A DNA stretch of 64,000 nt from a virus, in the IMG/VR virus record IMGVR_UViG_3300042882_000899, positions 32,001 through 96,000 of that record, one strand, 5' to 3'. The position numbers and the translations under genes are program-made. The notes beneath the pieces are model-generated. The model worked only from the letters and a program-made list of their open reading frames with translations, ran no database searches and was not told the DNA's origin. Shown in pieces: positions 36,878-46,533 of this stretch (position 1 is the first letter of the stretch; each line of letters opens with the position of its first letter).

Positions 36878-37774
36878 ATGTCAAAAAATATAGGAAGAAG
36901 ATCTTCCGCACAAGATAACTTTATTGGACCAAATCCAGTAACAAATGTTACAGCATCAGACTACTTAAATGGAGCTAATAACCAAAGAGCTTTTAATGAT
37001 GGTGCAATTAGCGTTTCATGGTCAGCTCCAGTAGGAGGTAATACTCCTACTGGCTACAAGGTATATGAAGCTGGTGTTCTAAAAGCAACAGTCCCATTTG
37101 GAACAAACACAGCTTTGATAACTGGGTTAGGTTCAAATACATCTCACACATATTCAGTTTCATCTTATGACTCCTATTTAGACAATTCATCAAATGCAGT
37201 TGCGGCAAATGCAGCAACTGCTACAACAGTTCCAGGCACACCAGCCAACCCAACAGCAACAGCTGGTGTTGATTTAGACACAATTGCGTGGGTTGTTCCA
37301 GCAAATGGTGGAAAAGTCATTATCGATATTTATATTGAATCGAATGAGCCAACGCCAAAAAATAAAACTGTTACAACAGATGCCAATGGAAGCACAACTA
37401 TTGCAAATGAAGCAAATACAGCACAGGCCTACAAGGTAAGAGCAAGAAATGCTAACGGTTCAGGAGCCTTTTCAGGATTCTCTAATACTGTTACTACTCA
37501 AGCACCTTCATTCTTTAGCCCACCGTTCTTCCCACCTGGCTTCTTTAGCCCACCGTTCTTCCCACCTGGCTTCTTTAGCCCACCGTTCTTCCCACCTGGC
37601 TTCTTTAGCCCACCGTTCTTCCCACCAGTATTCTTTAGCCCACCATTCTTTCCACCTGGCTTCTTTAGCCCACCGTTCTTCCCACCTGGCTTCTTTAGCC
37701 CACCGTTCTTCCCACCTGGCTTCTTTAGCCCACCAGGATTTGGTGGCGGAGGCTGGAACTTGAGAGCTTACTAA
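36878..37774 (+). CDS. fibronectin type III protein with (FFSPPFFPPG)n tail
   Basis: Two FN3-like domains (W.AP..G....GY.V; Y.VRA.N..G.G..S) followed by Pro/Phe repeats. Confidence 0.8.
   Translation: MSKNIGRRSSAQDNFIGPNPVTNVTASDYLNGANNQRAFNDGAISVSWSAPVGGNTPTGYKVYEAGVLKATVPFGTNTALITGLGSNTSHTYSVSSYDSYLDNSSNAVAANAATATTVPGTPANPTATAGVDLDTIAWVVPANGGKVIIDIYIESNEPTPKNKTVTTDANGSTTIANEANTAQAYKVRARNANGSGAFSGFSNTVTTQAPSFFSPPFFPPGFFSPPFFPPGFFSPPFFPPGFFSPPFFPPVFFSPPFFPPGFFSPPFFPPGFFSPPFFPPGFFSPPGFGGGGWNLRAY
37511..37738 (+). repeat. 30-bp tandem repeat, 7 full copies plus 1 partial
   Basis: TTCTTTAGCCCACCGTTCTTCCCACCTGGC. Confidence 0.97.
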
Positions 37775-37804
37775 TATGAAAAAAACTATAAATGAGGTAT
37801 ATCT

Positions 37805-38209
37805 ATGAGTAAAAATTATGCAATCTTGTCTTTAGGTAAAGTTATTGATAAGATAGAAGTAGAAAACGTAGAAGAAGATGCAAATAGAGTAGACAGATTT
37901 TCTGAAATATTCAACTCTAATTTCTTCTGCAAGGATATAACTGATCACAAGAAAGTAAAGCTAAACTCAATATGGGATGGCCAAGCATTTTCTGAATCGG
38001 ATGAGGAAAGAAAAGAGGTTGCACCATATTCAGTAGCCTTTGTTTCTGACAATATAATCAAAGCAGTTGTTAGAGTGTATACAGCAAAAAGGTATAACCT
38101 CTATAAAGAAGCAGAGGTCAATGGGGTTTCTGCAATTGATGTTACCGACATGGATGTTACAGCTATAAAAACTGGAATGTCATGGGACGGTACCTCTTTT
38201 ACAGAATAG
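37805..38209 (+). CDS. hypothetical protein (duplicated WDG..F motif, fibre-assembly-like)
   Basis: ORF track. Confidence 0.65.
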   Translation: MSKNYAILSLGKVIDKIEVENVEEDANRVDRFSEIFNSNFFCKDITDHKKVKLNSIWDGQAFSESDEERKEVAPYSVAFVSDNIIKAVVRVYTAKRYNLYKEAEVNGVSAIDVTDMDVTAIKTGMSWDGTSFTE

Positions 38210-38221
38210 GAAGTCCTAACA

Positions 38222-38917
38222 TTGAGTAAAGATATTTTAAAGCATGAAATATCTCCTGGTCTATGGGTTTATAAAAATCAAATAGATAAAAGCATTATTG
38301 ATGACGTCGAAGGCTTTTTGTCTCAGTACGAAGAAGACTTTGAGTGGCGTGAAGCTACTGTTGGATATGATGTAAAAGTTCCTTCGTATAGAGACTGCGT
38401 AGATTTTAAAATACAAAAACATGAAATGCCAAATATGCCAAAAAGCAGAAAAGATCTAAATGATATTTGGCAAAAAGCATACGATATGCAAATTGATGCT
38501 GTTAAAGATTACTGCAAGGTTTACAATATTGACATGCAGTATTGGGAAGCCATGAACTTTATTAAGTATGGCGAAGGCCAGCATTTCCAAGAGCACTCAG
38601 ATCATGGATTCTCATACATAGCAACAGTTTCATTAGTGTCTTATCCAAATGATAACTACGAAGGCGGGGAGCTATATTTCCCTAAACTTAACTTAACAAT
38701 AACTCCAGAGGCTGGAGATATTGTTATATTCCCATCAACATATTTATTCTCACACAGAGCAATGCCAGTTAAATCAGGAGTCAAGTATTCAATCGTAACA
38801 ATGCTGGACTATAATGATAATACACATAACCAAGAGTTTGATATTCTTAGAATGAAAAGGACTAATTCTGCTTCTGCAAGAGAAAGTGCAAAAAGTGGAA
38901 ATAATAAAAGCCTATAA
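38222..38917 (+). CDS. prolyl-4-hydroxylase-like 2OG-Fe(II) oxygenase
   Basis: KY..GQ.F..HSD, Y.ND.YEGGE, FPS..L..H.A.PV.SG.KY. Confidence 0.9.
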   Translation: MSKDILKHEISPGLWVYKNQIDKSIIDDVEGFLSQYEEDFEWREATVGYDVKVPSYRDCVDFKIQKHEMPNMPKSRKDLNDIWQKAYDMQIDAVKDYCKVYNIDMQYWEAMNFIKYGEGQHFQEHSDHGFSYIATVSLVSYPNDNYEGGELYFPKLNLTITPEAGDIVIFPSTYLFSHRAMPVKSGVKYSIVTMLDYNDNTHNQEFDILRMKRTNSASARESAKSGNNKSL

Positions 38918-39611
38918 AACTAAAGAAGGATATTCTGAGCTAAACACACTGCCAGTAAAAAGAGACTGGATGGATGCAACTTGGCAAAAGCATGCCTACC
39001 ATTGTTTCCCAGTAACTTTAACAAATACAATGGGGTGGTACTTAAGTTTTCCAGAAGATATAACATTTATTTGGGACGGAGTTTCAAATTTTGATCCTTC
39101 TCATGTAAAGATATTATCTGGAGAAAAGTATGCGTATTCTGGTAGAGCAAATGGAACAATAAGCTTTAATACAGGCATAAAGTTTAAAACTGAAAAAGAT
39201 GTAACTCTATTAACTATGCCAGCACCTAATTTTTTTATTGATGGTGCTTCATGTTTTACAACATTAATTAGCACATCATTTTTTAGAGCTGACTTGCCAG
39301 TAGCATGGATGATTACTTCTCCTAATAAAAAAATTACTATTCCTGCAGGCCACCCCATATGCTCAATAATTCCAGTAAAATTAAATGATCTTAATAATTC
39401 TGAGATTAGAATTGAAAAAGAGCCAGAGGATGAAGTAGTTTCTCAAAAAGAGTTATACGAATATTCTATGGCAATTAATGAGATAAATAAAAAATTTAGT
39501 TGGTCTGATTTTTACAGAAATGGGATTGACCACAAAGGCAACGATCTTGGCCAACATGATGTAAAGTCTTTAAAGCTAAAAGTCATACAGGAATCTCCTG
39601 GTGATATTTAA
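38886..39611 (+). CDS. DUF6065-like protein
   Basis: RDWMD.....AY.CFP...N..GW. Confidence 0.7.
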   Translation: MQKVEIIKAYKTKEGYSELNTLPVKRDWMDATWQKHAYHCFPVTLTNTMGWYLSFPEDITFIWDGVSNFDPSHVKILSGEKYAYSGRANGTISFNTGIKFKTEKDVTLLTMPAPNFFIDGASCFTTLISTSFFRADLPVAWMITSPNKKITIPAGHPICSIIPVKLNDLNNSEIRIEKEPEDEVVSQKELYEYSMAINEINKKFSWSDFYRNGIDHKGNDLGQHDVKSLKLKVIQESPGDI

Positions 39612-39635
39612 TATGAAATATGGTATATTATAGAT

Positions 39636-40382
39636 ATGGAAATAGTTAATAAAGGAATTATGGGCGGAGGAAGAGCCCCTATATCAATAACGCCATCTGG
39701 ATTCTTTGGCGACTCAATTGATAATATTGTTGAGCTGGAAAATTTTATAACGGAAGAAGAGCAGCAGAGACTTATTAATTTTGCACTAACTAATAAAATC
39801 TGGGATAAAACTGAGACTCATGTCGATGAAGACGGTCTCGTCCTTTATGACGCAAATATTTGGGAAGATAGAGTTTGCACTGCAGACTCATTAAAAAGAT
39901 CTGACCCAGGAATAATTGATTTGTTATGGGATATGATTGATAGACTAAAAGTAGAAGTTGATAAATTTTTTGATGTTAATGTTCAAGCCACTGGGCCAGC
40001 AATTGTTAGGTGGCCAGTTGGAGCAAGACAAGAACCTCACGCAGACAAAGAGTTTCATACTGGAGAAGAAGAAGGAAGACCAAATGATTTTCCTTATTAT
40101 GACATAGCTGGACTATTTTATTTTGACGATAATTATGAAGGTGGAGAGCTATATTTTCCAAGACATGGTATTGAATTTAAGCCAAAGCCTAGGGCAGCTT
40201 ATTTTTTCCCAGGAGATAAATATTATGCTCATGGCGTTAGACCAGTAAAGTCTGGAAATAGATTCACTGCCCCATTTTTTTGGACGATTGTAAAGCATAC
40301 TGGAGAAAAACAACCTCCGCAAGATTATTCAGATCAGTTTAAGTCGCCATCATGGCAAAAGCTTTATGGAGATAGGGGTTAA
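39636..40382 (+). CDS. prolyl-4-hydroxylase-like 2OG-Fe(II) oxygenase
   Basis: HAD, YF.D.YEGGE, HGV.PV.SG.R. Confidence 0.9.
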   Translation: MEIVNKGIMGGGRAPISITPSGFFGDSIDNIVELENFITEEEQQRLINFALTNKIWDKTETHVDEDGLVLYDANIWEDRVCTADSLKRSDPGIIDLLWDMIDRLKVEVDKFFDVNVQATGPAIVRWPVGARQEPHADKEFHTGEEEGRPNDFPYYDIAGLFYFDDNYEGGELYFPRHGIEFKPKPRAAYFFPGDKYYAHGVRPVKSGNRFTAPFFWTIVKHTGEKQPPQDYSDQFKSPSWQKLYGDRG

Positions 40383-40385
40383 AAA

Positions 40386-41231
40386 ATGCATAGTTTAAAT
40401 ATAGTTGACGATATAGATTCTTTAGACTGGACAGAGTTGCTTCCAGGTGTAATACTTTATAGAGGAATGTTAAAGGATCCAGACCTCGCATATAATATAA
40501 TGATGCGCTCAGAATCTTCAGAAGAAAGTAATTTTTTTCAACAATGGACACCATGGGCTCAATACGGAACTTACACACAGGCTAAAGAACAGCCTATGAT
40601 TGAGTTAGCAGAAAAAAATGAAATTTTTAATGAAGAAAAAGCACTATATGAAGAAATTGCAAATTCTTACGATAAGGCAATATCGCATTATTTTAAACAT
40701 ACTGGAATTGAAATTCCAGAAGGCGCAAGGTATAGCGGACAGTCTTGGTGTAAGTATTTCAACTTGATTGACACATTAAAAAATAAAATGACAATGCAGT
40801 ATCATACTGATTTTATTATTTCTCAAAAAGATATGCCTGGGGAAAAATTCCATACAACCTGCACTTTTTATATTAATGACAACTATAATGGTGGCGATAT
40901 AGAGTTTTTTGTAGACGGTAAGTTTGTAAACCATAAACCATCTGCTGGAGACCTGCTAGTATTCCCATCAGGAGAACCTTTTTATCATGGGGTAAAAACA
41001 ATACCAGATGGCAATAAGTTCTTTATCAGAAACTTTGTAATGTTTGATTATGATGGCTCTAAAGAGTGGCTAGCAAATCAAAAGAGATATGGCGCATATA
41101 AGTGGGCAAAGCAAGAAATTGAAAGAATTGCAAATGACGATCCAAGAAATATGATCTATATAAGAGATAACGAAGTTATATCTTATGAAGAAATTATGGA
41201 CATAAAGATTGACGGGGGAATATACAATTGA
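40386..41231 (+). CDS. prolyl-4-hydroxylase-like 2OG-Fe(II) oxygenase
   Basis: HTD, YIND.Y.GG, HGV....G.K. Confidence 0.88.
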   Translation: MHSLNIVDDIDSLDWTELLPGVILYRGMLKDPDLAYNIMMRSESSEESNFFQQWTPWAQYGTYTQAKEQPMIELAEKNEIFNEEKALYEEIANSYDKAISHYFKHTGIEIPEGARYSGQSWCKYFNLIDTLKNKMTMQYHTDFIISQKDMPGEKFHTTCTFYINDNYNGGDIEFFVDGKFVNHKPSAGDLLVFPSGEPFYHGVKTIPDGNKFFIRNFVMFDYDGSKEWLANQKRYGAYKWAKQEIERIANDDPRNMIYIRDNEVISYEEIMDIKIDGGIYN

Positions 41232-42007
41232 ACCTAATTAAAGTTAGAGACAATGAGCACCCAGTATATTTATACGAAGAGTTTTTGACTAAAGAGGAGT
41301 GCGCTGGAATTATTAAGATGTTTAATAATCTTATAGCCAGCGGAGATTTTGAATGGCACCCAATCTCTTTTTATGAGTCATATGCTTATAACATGCCTAA
41401 CCAGTTAACAGATGACAAGAATAAGCTATCTCAATGGTATGCAGATGCTGGTCTGCCAGACAATTTCCTGGACGATCTAGAGGAAAAGTTTAAAAATGCA
41501 GCTCGTGAAATCATAGGGGGGGAAGCATATAAAATAAGTTTTCATAGTCAAAAATGGATACCTGGAGCTTATGCAGCTTTTCATTCAGATAACAGCTATG
41601 ACGGTAAGCCAAGCGCATTTGAAAGAAGTAGATACGCAGGATTCCTTTATTTAAACGATGACTTTGACGGCGGTGAGCTTAATTTTAAAAACTTTGATTT
41701 GAGCGTTAAGCCAAAAACAGGAATGTTTGCTATTTTTGATGGAGGTCATGAGAATACCCATGAGGTTACTCCAGTATTTAAAAGCGACAGATACACTGTC
41801 GGATCATTCTGGGATGATCGGTCAGAGGAAGATTACCCACAAGAAACTAGAGACAGATGGGCAGAAGAAATTGAAGAGACTAGAAAAAAGCAAAAAGTAG
41901 AGCAAGAAGAGTGGAAAGAAATACGAGATAGCGGAAAAAGAAGAACACCAGATGGCAGAGAATACGATGCAGTCTTAGCAGAAAGCGGAGAAGTCGATGG
42001 AGATTAA
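41228..42007 (+). CDS. prolyl-4-hydroxylase-like 2OG-Fe(II) oxygenase
   Basis: HSD, YLNDDFDGGE, HEV.PV...R. Confidence 0.9.
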   Translation: MNLIKVRDNEHPVYLYEEFLTKEECAGIIKMFNNLIASGDFEWHPISFYESYAYNMPNQLTDDKNKLSQWYADAGLPDNFLDDLEEKFKNAAREIIGGEAYKISFHSQKWIPGAYAAFHSDNSYDGKPSAFERSRYAGFLYLNDDFDGGELNFKNFDLSVKPKTGMFAIFDGGHENTHEVTPVFKSDRYTVGSFWDDRSEEDYPQETRDRWAEEIEETRKKQKVEQEEWKEIRDSGKRRTPDGREYDAVLAESGEVDGD

Positions 42008-42689
42008 AGAAGTTCAACCAAGATCAATGTACACAATGTTTGATATTGTTTACCACGATAGAGGGATTGTGTATTTTGAAAATGTTATTAGCTATCCTCA
42101 AAAGCTTTTAGATACGATTGAAGATCTTGATGCAAATCCAAAATCTCATGCTGGAATACCTAAATGGAATGCTTGGGGAGCAAGCAACGATGAAAAATAT
42201 GGTTATGGAATTCAAAAGTTTATAGACACATCAAAAAGGTATTTGAACTCGGATGACGATTTTCTAAACAAGCAAGTACTTTATGTTGTAAACAGCTTAA
42301 TTATGGCACCAGAAATGTGTGCAAAAAGATATGCCGAAATTATGCGTAGAGATGCATCTAATATTCAAAAGATAGACAGTACGCCAGAACAGGTTAAAAT
42401 GGGGCTAGACTATATTAAGGTAGCAAAGTACGATACAGGCAAGGGGATGGGGCCACACTGCGATGCAGAAGATCCATCTGGTACTGGCGAAAATCTGAAG
42501 TACTCCCTTGTTTGCTACCTTAATGATGACTACGAAGGTGGAGAAATTTACTTTAAAAACCAAGATATTAAGATTAAGCCAAAGGCTGGAAGCTTGGTAT
42601 TATTCCCTTCAGTTCACCCGTACCTACATGAATCTTTACCTGTTACAAAAGGTAACAAGATTATGTTTACGACTCACTGGATGGTTTAG
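41997..42689 (+). CDS. prolyl-4-hydroxylase-like 2OG-Fe(II) oxygenase
   Basis: HCD, YLNDDYEGGE, HES.PV..G.K. Confidence 0.9.
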   Translation: MEIKEVQPRSMYTMFDIVYHDRGIVYFENVISYPQKLLDTIEDLDANPKSHAGIPKWNAWGASNDEKYGYGIQKFIDTSKRYLNSDDDFLNKQVLYVVNSLIMAPEMCAKRYAEIMRRDASNIQKIDSTPEQVKMGLDYIKVAKYDTGKGMGPHCDAEDPSGTGENLKYSLVCYLNDDYEGGEIYFKNQDIKIKPKAGSLVLFPSVHPYLHESLPVTKGNKIMFTTHWMV

Positions 42690-42728
42690 TCGATATCCAA
42701 TAAGATGGGTATCTGATATAATTTAAAT

Positions 42729-44492
42729 ATGTCATATTACCTTTCTGCCATTAAAGACTTCCCAATAGGACTATGGAAGTTAGATGAATCATCTGGCTCA
42801 GTAGCCTATGATATTTCTGGGTGCGGAAATAATGGATTGTACGTCGGTCAAATATCTAAATCTGGCATGCCAATTGTATCTGGTGGCACACACTCTAATA
42901 AAATAGATAGTTTAAATTATGTGCAATTCAACCTGTCAAAAGATTTTTCTGGAACTATTGGCACAGGAGGATTTGCAACAGATTCAACATACGATAATGA
43001 CTTTACATTAGAAGCATGGATACACCCCAAAACATTAACTGCACTAACTCCAATACTGGCAGACTCTAGTGGCATAGGATTATATTGGGATAAAGGAAAT
43101 GCTGTATTTAAATTAGAAAATGAACGAATTGATTATTCAGTAATAAACCCAAACAGAGTTATTCACCTTGTTGGAATATATTCAGTTAACTCAATGAGCT
43201 TATATGTTGATGGCGCTTTGGTAGCATCCAAACCTGTATCTATTAAGTTTACAAATACTAGCGTAACATTATCTTCTGGGCCATGTGCATCTGGAGAGCA
43301 TTTTATAATTGATTGTCCAGCCGTATACAGATATTCGTTGTCGGAAAGATCAATCCTTTCGCATTATAATAATTTATTTCTTAATAATGACGAGCAAGTT
43401 TCTGTTCCAGAGTTAGGAGAATTATTTAGGGCGGGAGAAAGATATCAAAGCGTAGAAACAAAATATGTATACCCAGCTCAAGTTTCGTGGGACACTCTTA
43501 TATATGACAATGAAAATCTTTCTTACAACAAAAATAATAATAGTGTTTATTTAAATTCAGGATTTACATCTGGTGAATTTATTGAGGATATGGTTCTAAA
43601 TGTTACTAAAGACTACATGTCGTCAAAAATTGATTGGGTTTCTTCTAATGGCGTATCAATATATGTTTCTGAATCTTCAGAAAATGGACCATGGGTTTTG
43701 TGTACAAATGGATCTTCTATCCCAGGATTTACGCAAGGATCTGCTTTTTCTAATTCAAAAGTTTTATATTTTAAAGTTCTATTTCAGTCCACAAATTCAG
43801 ATGTATATATCCCAGAACTATACTCATTAAAAATTTATTTCTATTCTGAAAAAAAGATGTTTGCACATAATGGTGGTGGCTTTCTTGCAACATCACAACC
43901 TGCAACAGGATCTATATGGGACATTGACATAGCAAATGAACCTTATCAGGTCAGGCTAAGAAGTAGCACAAACGGAATAAGACCAAAATCCTCAGCTTTC
44001 TTTGTTAACTCTTTAAATGAAAATCGTAATATCGAAATGATATTTACTCCAAAATCTCTATCCAGTGGTCACCTAATGTTTAATAAAACGGGATCAGTTG
44101 AGACGGCATTATCTTGGGCGGCAGGCGGAGCAATAGCAAAATCTAACATTAGCAATATATATATTAATGGCCAAGATGCCTCATCCGCTACCAACATATC
44201 ATCATATTTATATATAGATGAGCCTAACTATATATTAATAAAAACCTCTAGTGCTATTAGTGGAGAAATTTGGTTTAATGGCAAGCAGCTTCTAGGAGTA
44301 AGATCAGGCGTATTGGATGATAATTTATACCAAAACTTAGCCTTGTACACAAATCCATCAATTAGTCACCAGGAGCATTATGACTTATATATTGGCAAAC
44401 CTGCTTCTATTGCTGAAGGATCGTCGATGGCAATGACAGAAGAGTCCGTATCCACATATTCTAGAGACAGAGTAGTGCTTCAAATCATATAG
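42729..44492 (+). CDS. LamG/concanavalin A-like virion protein
   Basis: P.G.W.LDE.SG..A.D.SG, FTLEAWI, HLVG.Y, LYVDG. Confidence 0.8.
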   Translation: MSYYLSAIKDFPIGLWKLDESSGSVAYDISGCGNNGLYVGQISKSGMPIVSGGTHSNKIDSLNYVQFNLSKDFSGTIGTGGFATDSTYDNDFTLEAWIHPKTLTALTPILADSSGIGLYWDKGNAVFKLENERIDYSVINPNRVIHLVGIYSVNSMSLYVDGALVASKPVSIKFTNTSVTLSSGPCASGEHFIIDCPAVYRYSLSERSILSHYNNLFLNNDEQVSVPELGELFRAGERYQSVETKYVYPAQVSWDTLIYDNENLSYNKNNNSVYLNSGFTSGEFIEDMVLNVTKDYMSSKIDWVSSNGVSIYVSESSENGPWVLCTNGSSIPGFTQGSAFSNSKVLYFKVLFQSTNSDVYIPELYSLKIYFYSEKKMFAHNGGGFLATSQPATGSIWDIDIANEPYQVRLRSSTNGIRPKSSAFFVNSLNENRNIEMIFTPKSLSSGHLMFNKTGSVETALSWAAGGAIAKSNISNIYINGQDASSATNISSYLYIDEPNYILIKTSSAISGEIWFNGKQLLGVRSGVLDDNLYQNLALYTNPSISHQEHYDLYIGKPASIAEGSSMAMTEESVSTYSRDRVVLQII

Positions 44493-44555
44493 TTTTGTCA
44501 GACTGAGTGACAAAAAGCTGGACTTGTAGACACAAAGATGGTAAAATAATTAACT

Positions 44556-44900
44556 ATGGACATAAAAAGAATTAATGCTCAAATGAAATCTGGCGATACC
44601 AGGTTAGGAGTCTATGTCTGGGAGATGCCAGATGGAAGATGGGTCGGAGACGAAGACAACAACTTCCTATCAATAGCATCAATGATTGGTAATAAAGAAA
44701 GAATTGCTCTGTTAGCATCAGCAGTTGCTCACTATGGAATTGATGTCGGCCAGCCTAAGTTTATTGAAGGAAGCAGGCAGATTGACGATGAAGAATTTGA
44801 ATATCAAAAGCAAAGACTTAGATGGGGACTCACTCCAGATCCTTTGGATATAAGTGTTCACAAAGAAGAAATGGCTAAACTGAATGGTGGTAAAAAATGA
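44556..44900 (+). CDS. conserved-looking protein upstream of portal
   Basis: ORF track; leaderless after TAAAAT. Confidence 0.75.
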   Translation: MDIKRINAQMKSGDTRLGVYVWEMPDGRWVGDEDNNFLSIASMIGNKERIALLASAVAHYGIDVGQPKFIEGSRQIDDEEFEYQKQRLRWGLTPDPLDISVHKEEMAKLNGGKK

Positions 44901-46477
44901 TTGAGTACGATGAAGACACTGTTATGAATAACATAGAGGTTTCTAACGTGGCAGACTGGATGAGATTTAACAATCCAACTACTCAGAAATCAGATGACGC
45001 ATTTGATGTAGAGGGCGAAGACATTTTAAAGCTTTCTGGTCTAGGTGCCTCATTTAGAAGAAAAGTTTCCAGAGATCTTCAGAAATCTTTTGTAGGAAAA
45101 GATGGAGCAGTAAGCCAGCAGCTTCAGCATCAGCAAGCAGTTAGTGGCTATGCCACATTTGATCTAATTCAACCAGAATATAATTTAGATTATTTATCAA
45201 CAATTTACGAAATTTCTCCATACAACTATGCTGCTATAAATGCAAAGGTGGCAAACATTGTTGGCCTAGGATTTGATTTTGTTGAATCAAGAAAAACGAC
45301 TGATGCACTTGATGAAATTAGTGATGAGAAGCAATTAGAAAGAGCCCGAAAGAAGTTAAATAGAATTAAACAAGATTTAAACAAGTGGCTTGAAGATTGC
45401 AATGAAGACGAAACTTTTAAAGAAACACTTATAAAGTTCTACACTGATATAGAGGCTACTGGTAATGGCTACCTAGAGGTCGGTAGAACGACAACTGGCA
45501 AGATAGGATACATCGGACACATCCCTTCAAAGACAATGCGTGTAAGGCGCCTTAGAGACGGTTTTATCCAGCTTCTTTATGGCAAGGCTGTTTTCTTTAG
45601 AAACTTCGGGGACACAGAAACAGTAAACCCTATAGCAGGTCAAGAAGATAGGCCTAATGAAATTATTCATTTAAAAAAGTACACGCCAAAGAATAATTAT
45701 TATGGAATTCCAGATATTATTGCTGCCCAGAATGCTATGGCTGGTAACGAGTTTGCTGGCAAGTACAACCTGGACTACTTTGAAAACAAGGCAGTGCCTA
45801 GATACATTATTACGGTAAAGGGAGCAAAACTTTCTCCAGAATCTGAAAGAAAGCTGCTTGAGTTTTTCCAGGTGGGACTAAAGGGAAAAAACCACAGATC
45901 TCTGTATATACCACTTCCACCAGACTCACCAGACTCAAAGACTGAGTTTAAGATGGAGCCAATTGAGGCTGGCTCACAAGAGTCTTCATTTAACATTTAT
46001 CGTCAATCAAATAGAGACGAAATTCTAATGGCACATAGAGTTCCAATTAATAAAATTGGCACACCAGCAGGCATTAATTTGGCTGCAGCCAGAGACGCAG
46101 ATAAGACATTTAAAGAGCAGGTATGTCGTCCAGCTCAGGAAAACCTAGAAAAGAAATTAAATAAAATAATTCAAGAAATGACTGATGCCATGGAGCTTAA
46201 GTTTAATGAATTAAGCTTGACAGATGCAGACACTCAGTCTAAGATAGATGAAAGATATCTTAGATTCCAGGTAATTACTCCAAATGAAATTAGAGTAAGA
46301 ATGGGAATGGTTCCACGAGAAGGTGGGGATGTCCCAGTAGACCTTGCAGCACAGGCAGCCGAAATTAAGGCTCAGGCTACTCAAAGTAGAACCCGTGACC
46401 AAGAAAGATCAGCAAATTCCCCAGATAAATCTGGGGAGGGCAGAAATGCAAAGGGAGATGGAAGACAAGTCAACTAG
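44897..46477 (+). CDS. portal protein (PBSX/HK97-like)
   Basis: D.EATGNGYLE, EIIH.K, YYG.PD, YF.N.A.P, I..AH.VP, TPNE.R; gene order. Confidence 0.92.
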   Translation: MIEYDEDTVMNNIEVSNVADWMRFNNPTTQKSDDAFDVEGEDILKLSGLGASFRRKVSRDLQKSFVGKDGAVSQQLQHQQAVSGYATFDLIQPEYNLDYLSTIYEISPYNYAAINAKVANIVGLGFDFVESRKTTDALDEISDEKQLERARKKLNRIKQDLNKWLEDCNEDETFKETLIKFYTDIEATGNGYLEVGRTTTGKIGYIGHIPSKTMRVRRLRDGFIQLLYGKAVFFRNFGDTETVNPIAGQEDRPNEIIHLKKYTPKNNYYGIPDIIAAQNAMAGNEFAGKYNLDYFENKAVPRYIITVKGAKLSPESERKLLEFFQVGLKGKNHRSLYIPLPPDSPDSKTEFKMEPIEAGSQESSFNIYRQSNRDEILMAHRVPINKIGTPAGINLAAARDADKTFKEQVCRPAQENLEKKLNKIIQEMTDAMELKFNELSLTDADTQSKIDERYLRFQVITPNEIRVRMGMVPREGGDVPVDLAAQAAEIKAQATQSRTRDQERSANSPDKSGEGRNAKGDGRQVN

Positions 46478-46495
46478 TCCTACTCAACTAGTTAT

Positions 46496-46524
46496 TTGCC
46501 TTTTGATACAATAATCTCTATAAT
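46496..46524 (+). promoter_or_regulatory. late-type promoter TTGCCT-N17-TATAAT
   Basis: Second copy TTGCCT-N17-TAAAAT at 52126-52154. Confidence 0.6.
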
Positions 46525-46533
46525 ATATAACAT

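Noticed and set aside
44496-44517. TGTCAG upstream of the 44556 gene as a PafBC promoter
   Set aside because: No TAnnnT at the 10-nt spacing
44556-44900. Terminase subunit upstream of the portal
   Set aside because: No Walker/nuclease motifs or recognisable TerS features; terminase is probably outside the window
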